This document shows, piece by piece, positions 62,391-64,000 of a DNA stretch of 64,000 nucleotides. The translations under genes and the position numbers were made by a program. Below the pieces are notes generated by a model, which was given only the letters and a program-made list of their open reading frames with translations, had not been told where the DNA came from and ran no database searches. The stretch's first letter is position 1; each line of letters begins with the position of its first letter. The DNA comes from Sphyrna mokarran (Eukaryota): the NCBI GenBank assembly GCA_024679065.1, contig JAGIQG010000016.1, forward strand, positions 45,446,001 through 45,510,000, given 5' to 3'.

Positions 62391-64000
62391 TTCATAGAGC
62401 AGTGTATGTGGACTTCATTCACTTCACTTCTGCTGAGTGCATGAAGTGGGCTGGCTAAGAACACAATGGAACATTCCAGGCTCGCTCAAGAAATGAATGA
62501 AAGGTTGTCAGAGGTGACATGGGAAAAGATCCAGGAGGACAAGAAATGTCCTGCACCCACAAGAGGGAAGATGTCCACATAATTTCTCTGTCCCCTACAC
62601 CTACAGCAGGTCCAGGGAGGAGCAAACAGTAAAGCTTGGACTTCTATATCTTAAAATGGAATAGGTTGGACCAGTACTGGTCATTCCTCAATTTTTACCA
62701 TTTTACTTTTGCTGTTGCTGAACCTGATCTCGTGTCCTCCTCCCTTTCCTTGTGCAGACTGAGGGGAATCCCCAGCAAAGCCCCAATGTCCAAACGGGCC
62801 CTTTCTCCTGGTGATTGATATCCAATGAGACAGAGTAATGCAGCATTTACTTCTTTAAGGTGAAGTCCTTAGAGAACTTCTACAATAAATATTGACAGAG
62901 TGTTGGCGAAATCTTGAATAAGTGTCCTAGAAAGTCTTTCAACGTATTTCAAAAGTCCTCTTCAAAACTCCAGCAACAGGTGAACAGATAATAACTCCTG
63001 AAAACCTCTGCTGTAACTAATTTACTCTTAATCAACTAGTCATTATTTAAGAGTGGATTAGATCGAGTGCTACCTTGCAAAATACCATGCGGCCTCGGTA
63101 ATGAGGGGTAGCAGCTAATTTAAGTGGTAAAAGGTTGCAGGCATCGTGTTAAATCGATGTTTCACTGTAAAGACCTGCCTTGACAATGTGGGAGGCTTTC
63201 TAGAGCATAAAATTTCTGGACAAAATTGCCCCCCCAGTTTCCACAAGATCCACAAGGGTAAAGTTTCAATGCTAAACTATGGGCATTCATATCTAAAATC
63301 TTGGAGCAGTTGAGTTCAAGCTCCATTCATTCAAAGTGCTGAGACCAAATGAAACAAACATTTTGCCAACTGGATCAGCACTACAATCCTGTTCTATGTG
63401 CTAAATCCAAGCACTCCACTCCTCCTCTCAATTTGATGGTTTCATATTTTGACTGACACAAGCAGAAGATCATTATTTTTTGAAGAATCAATATTACTGA
63501 TTCACAGGAACTTTTGTGGAATTGCCCAACATGTAAATATCTGTATTATGTAAAGGATGTCACCATTGTGGCCTAATATCAGGCATTTAGCCTACCTGTG
63601 GCTCTCACATCGTTTCCAGTGCTTTCTAAGCTAGGGGTAAACATGGGTTAACAGTTCAGTTTTGTATCACAATTGTATTCTCTTGCAATGCATGCTATTC
63701 TTCTTATTTTTTCATTGTCACCAATTTCTACCTCTAATATTGTTTCTTTCCCAAGGGAGGATGTAACACTTAAGGCTTTGGGACTGGCCTTATCGGTTTT
63801 CAATAGCTTTGTTGTTGCACAATATAATTGAGTAGCTCAGCCAAGAATCAGTGAAAAGCGGTCAACAGGAGTGCATATTATTAAAAATCACTCATGGGCG
63901 GCATGTAAACTTATTGCCCTTTTATGCTTCTCATTGTTATTACCAAACTATCCTAACTTTAAATAGATAAATGTAATGGCAATTTTATTTTAGAATTCCA

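Noticed and set aside
1-64000. CRISPR array, prokaryotic operon or endogenous virus
   Set aside because: There are no regularly spaced repeats, no gene-dense region and no viral motifs; all RT motifs belong to non-LTR retrotransposons.

Overview
This is AT-rich vertebrate genomic DNA, very probably from a cartilaginous fish (shark), judged by about 24 copies of an HE1-like V-SINE, SacSINE1-like DeuSINEs and CR1/HER1-like LINEs. Only one convincing host coding segment is present: a 113-codon, acceptor-led, stop-terminated exon on the minus strand (5348-5689, ending ...YDLRNYSPETV*), which I cannot name. The rest looks like intronic or intergenic DNA dominated by retroelements: two young 5'-truncated CR1 copies, an older long CR1, two Rex1/Babar LINEs, L2 relics, three SINE families and Penelope-like terminal fragments carrying minimal hammerhead-ribozyme cores. 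There are also PIF/Harbinger relics and MITEs and possible solo LTRs. Many insertions are nested, and several local templated duplications are visible (a direct copy inside a SINE, an inverted CR1 arm and a perfect hairpin). Family names come from recalled consensus motifs, not database searches. Most ORFs in the track are repeat-derived or chance.
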